Shown one piece after another: positions 63,141 to 64,000 of a DNA stretch of 64,000 bases (its first letter is position 1; each line of letters opens with the position of its first letter). The position numbers were made by a program, and so were the translations under genes. Source of the DNA: a virus; IMG/VR virus record IMGVR_UViG_3300027985_001623, positions 1-64,000 of that record, one strand, 5' to 3'. The notes below the pieces were generated by a model. The model saw only the letters and a list, made by a program, of their open reading frames with translations. It did no database searches and was not told where the DNA came from.

Positions 63141-63471
63141 GCGAAATCTCTCCGTCGTCCAGCAAGCAGTTTGTCGCCCAGTTCCACAACTGGTGCTTTA
63201 GGCCGCACCAGGAATGCCGGATCCACCAGAACAGGAGCCACTTCGCGATTGCGATAGCGGCTTTTCTGGTGATCACAATATTTGTCATGGTGTCCCGCCC
63301 GTAATAGAGGTCAAACGCGTCACCCCGAGGGACCAGTGCAATTTCCCCGTACTCGCCCTGTTTCCAGACACGAGGCAGCATCGCTGCGCCTGGTAAAACG
63401 TCGCGACCACGGAAATCTTCATCGAGAAGCCAACGACTGAGGCGAAATGCAGCTTCTTGGCGAAGGTTCAT
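63109..63471 (-). CDS. hypothetical protein
   Basis: ATGA overlap with upstream gene. Confidence 0.5.
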   Translation of the reverse strand: MNLRQEAAFRLSRWLLDEDFRGRDVLPGAAMLPRVWKQGEYGEIALVPRGDAFDLYYGRDTMTNIVITRKAAIAIAKWLLFWWIRHSWCGLKHQLWNWATNCLLDDGEISRDRRTKTSAP

Positions 63472-63992
63472 GATCCAGCTACGATCAAATTAAGGTACGC
63501 CGATCCTTTTAGCCAGAAGCTGTCCGAAGAAATCGAATCTAACTCCGCAAAAAAGTTGCCCGTGATCACCACGGCGTTTCCAGTACCAGTGGCGCCCAGA
63601 TTTGTACTCGCGAACCCAATCGTCGCGTTCGCCGTTGAATTGGCGACGCGTGCGAACTGCCCTGGCTCAACACTTTCAATGAGAAGTTGTCCACTCGAAG
63701 CTACCGTGGCGAGTGGCGCGTAGCCTTCTAAAGCGAGCTGGCTATTGATGGCTCGCGCCACGTCGCTGGCCGACTGTGCGGCCGCAGTGAAAGTGACCAA
63801 AATCGTTGCATCCGTGTCGAAGCCACCGGTTAGGGCGTTGTACGTCTGCAAGTCGAATTCGAAGGTTTCACCCCCGACAAACCCGGTCGGGAAGATGCCG
63901 GCACTTCCGAGCCAGCTCGCTTTTTGGCCGATCAGAAGCATGACCGTACTGCCCTGAACGGCGGATAGCGCTAAAAAGTCGACTGTCTCCAT
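63468..63992 (-). CDS. hypothetical virion-type protein
   Basis: VTFTAAAQSASDVARAIN...LLIES...ATIGF resembles sheath-type insertion domains. Confidence 0.5.
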   Translation of the reverse strand: METVDFLALSAVQGSTVMLLIGQKASWLGSAGIFPTGFVGGETFEFDLQTYNALTGGFDTDATILVTFTAAAQSASDVARAINSQLALEGYAPLATVASSGQLLIESVEPGQFARVANSTANATIGFASTNLGATGTGNAVVITGNFFAELDSISSDSFWLKGSAYLNLIVAGS

Positions 63993-64000
63993 TTCGTCGA

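Overview
The window is a 64-kb segment of a tailed dsDNA phage with a contractile tail (myovirus), about 57% GC by eye, with almost all genes on the minus strand. Read from right to left: head module (MuF-like protein, scaffold, major capsid; portal and large terminase not recognised here), neck, sheath, tube, frameshifted tail chaperone, tape measure, baseplate, fibres and holin-like genes. Then comes a full replication/recombination module: RuvC, sigma-like factor, SF2 and DnaB helicases, primase, MoxR AAA+/vWA pair, UDG-PolA fusion, UvsY, SSB, intein-containing RecA and SbcCD. The accessory arm (about 0.4-10.9 kb) carries a Prs-like + Nampt-like pair matching the NARP1 NAD+-reconstitution anti-defence pathway. 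The most unusual element is a 1.17-kb insert between sheath and tube. It holds a ribbon-helix-helix gene and three structured non-coding RNA candidates, one of which is a nested ~170-nt leader with an internal terminator directly upstream of the tube gene. No tRNA, rRNA, CRISPR array, integrase or reverse transcriptase was recognised. All calls come from manual motif reading and synteny; no searches were run.
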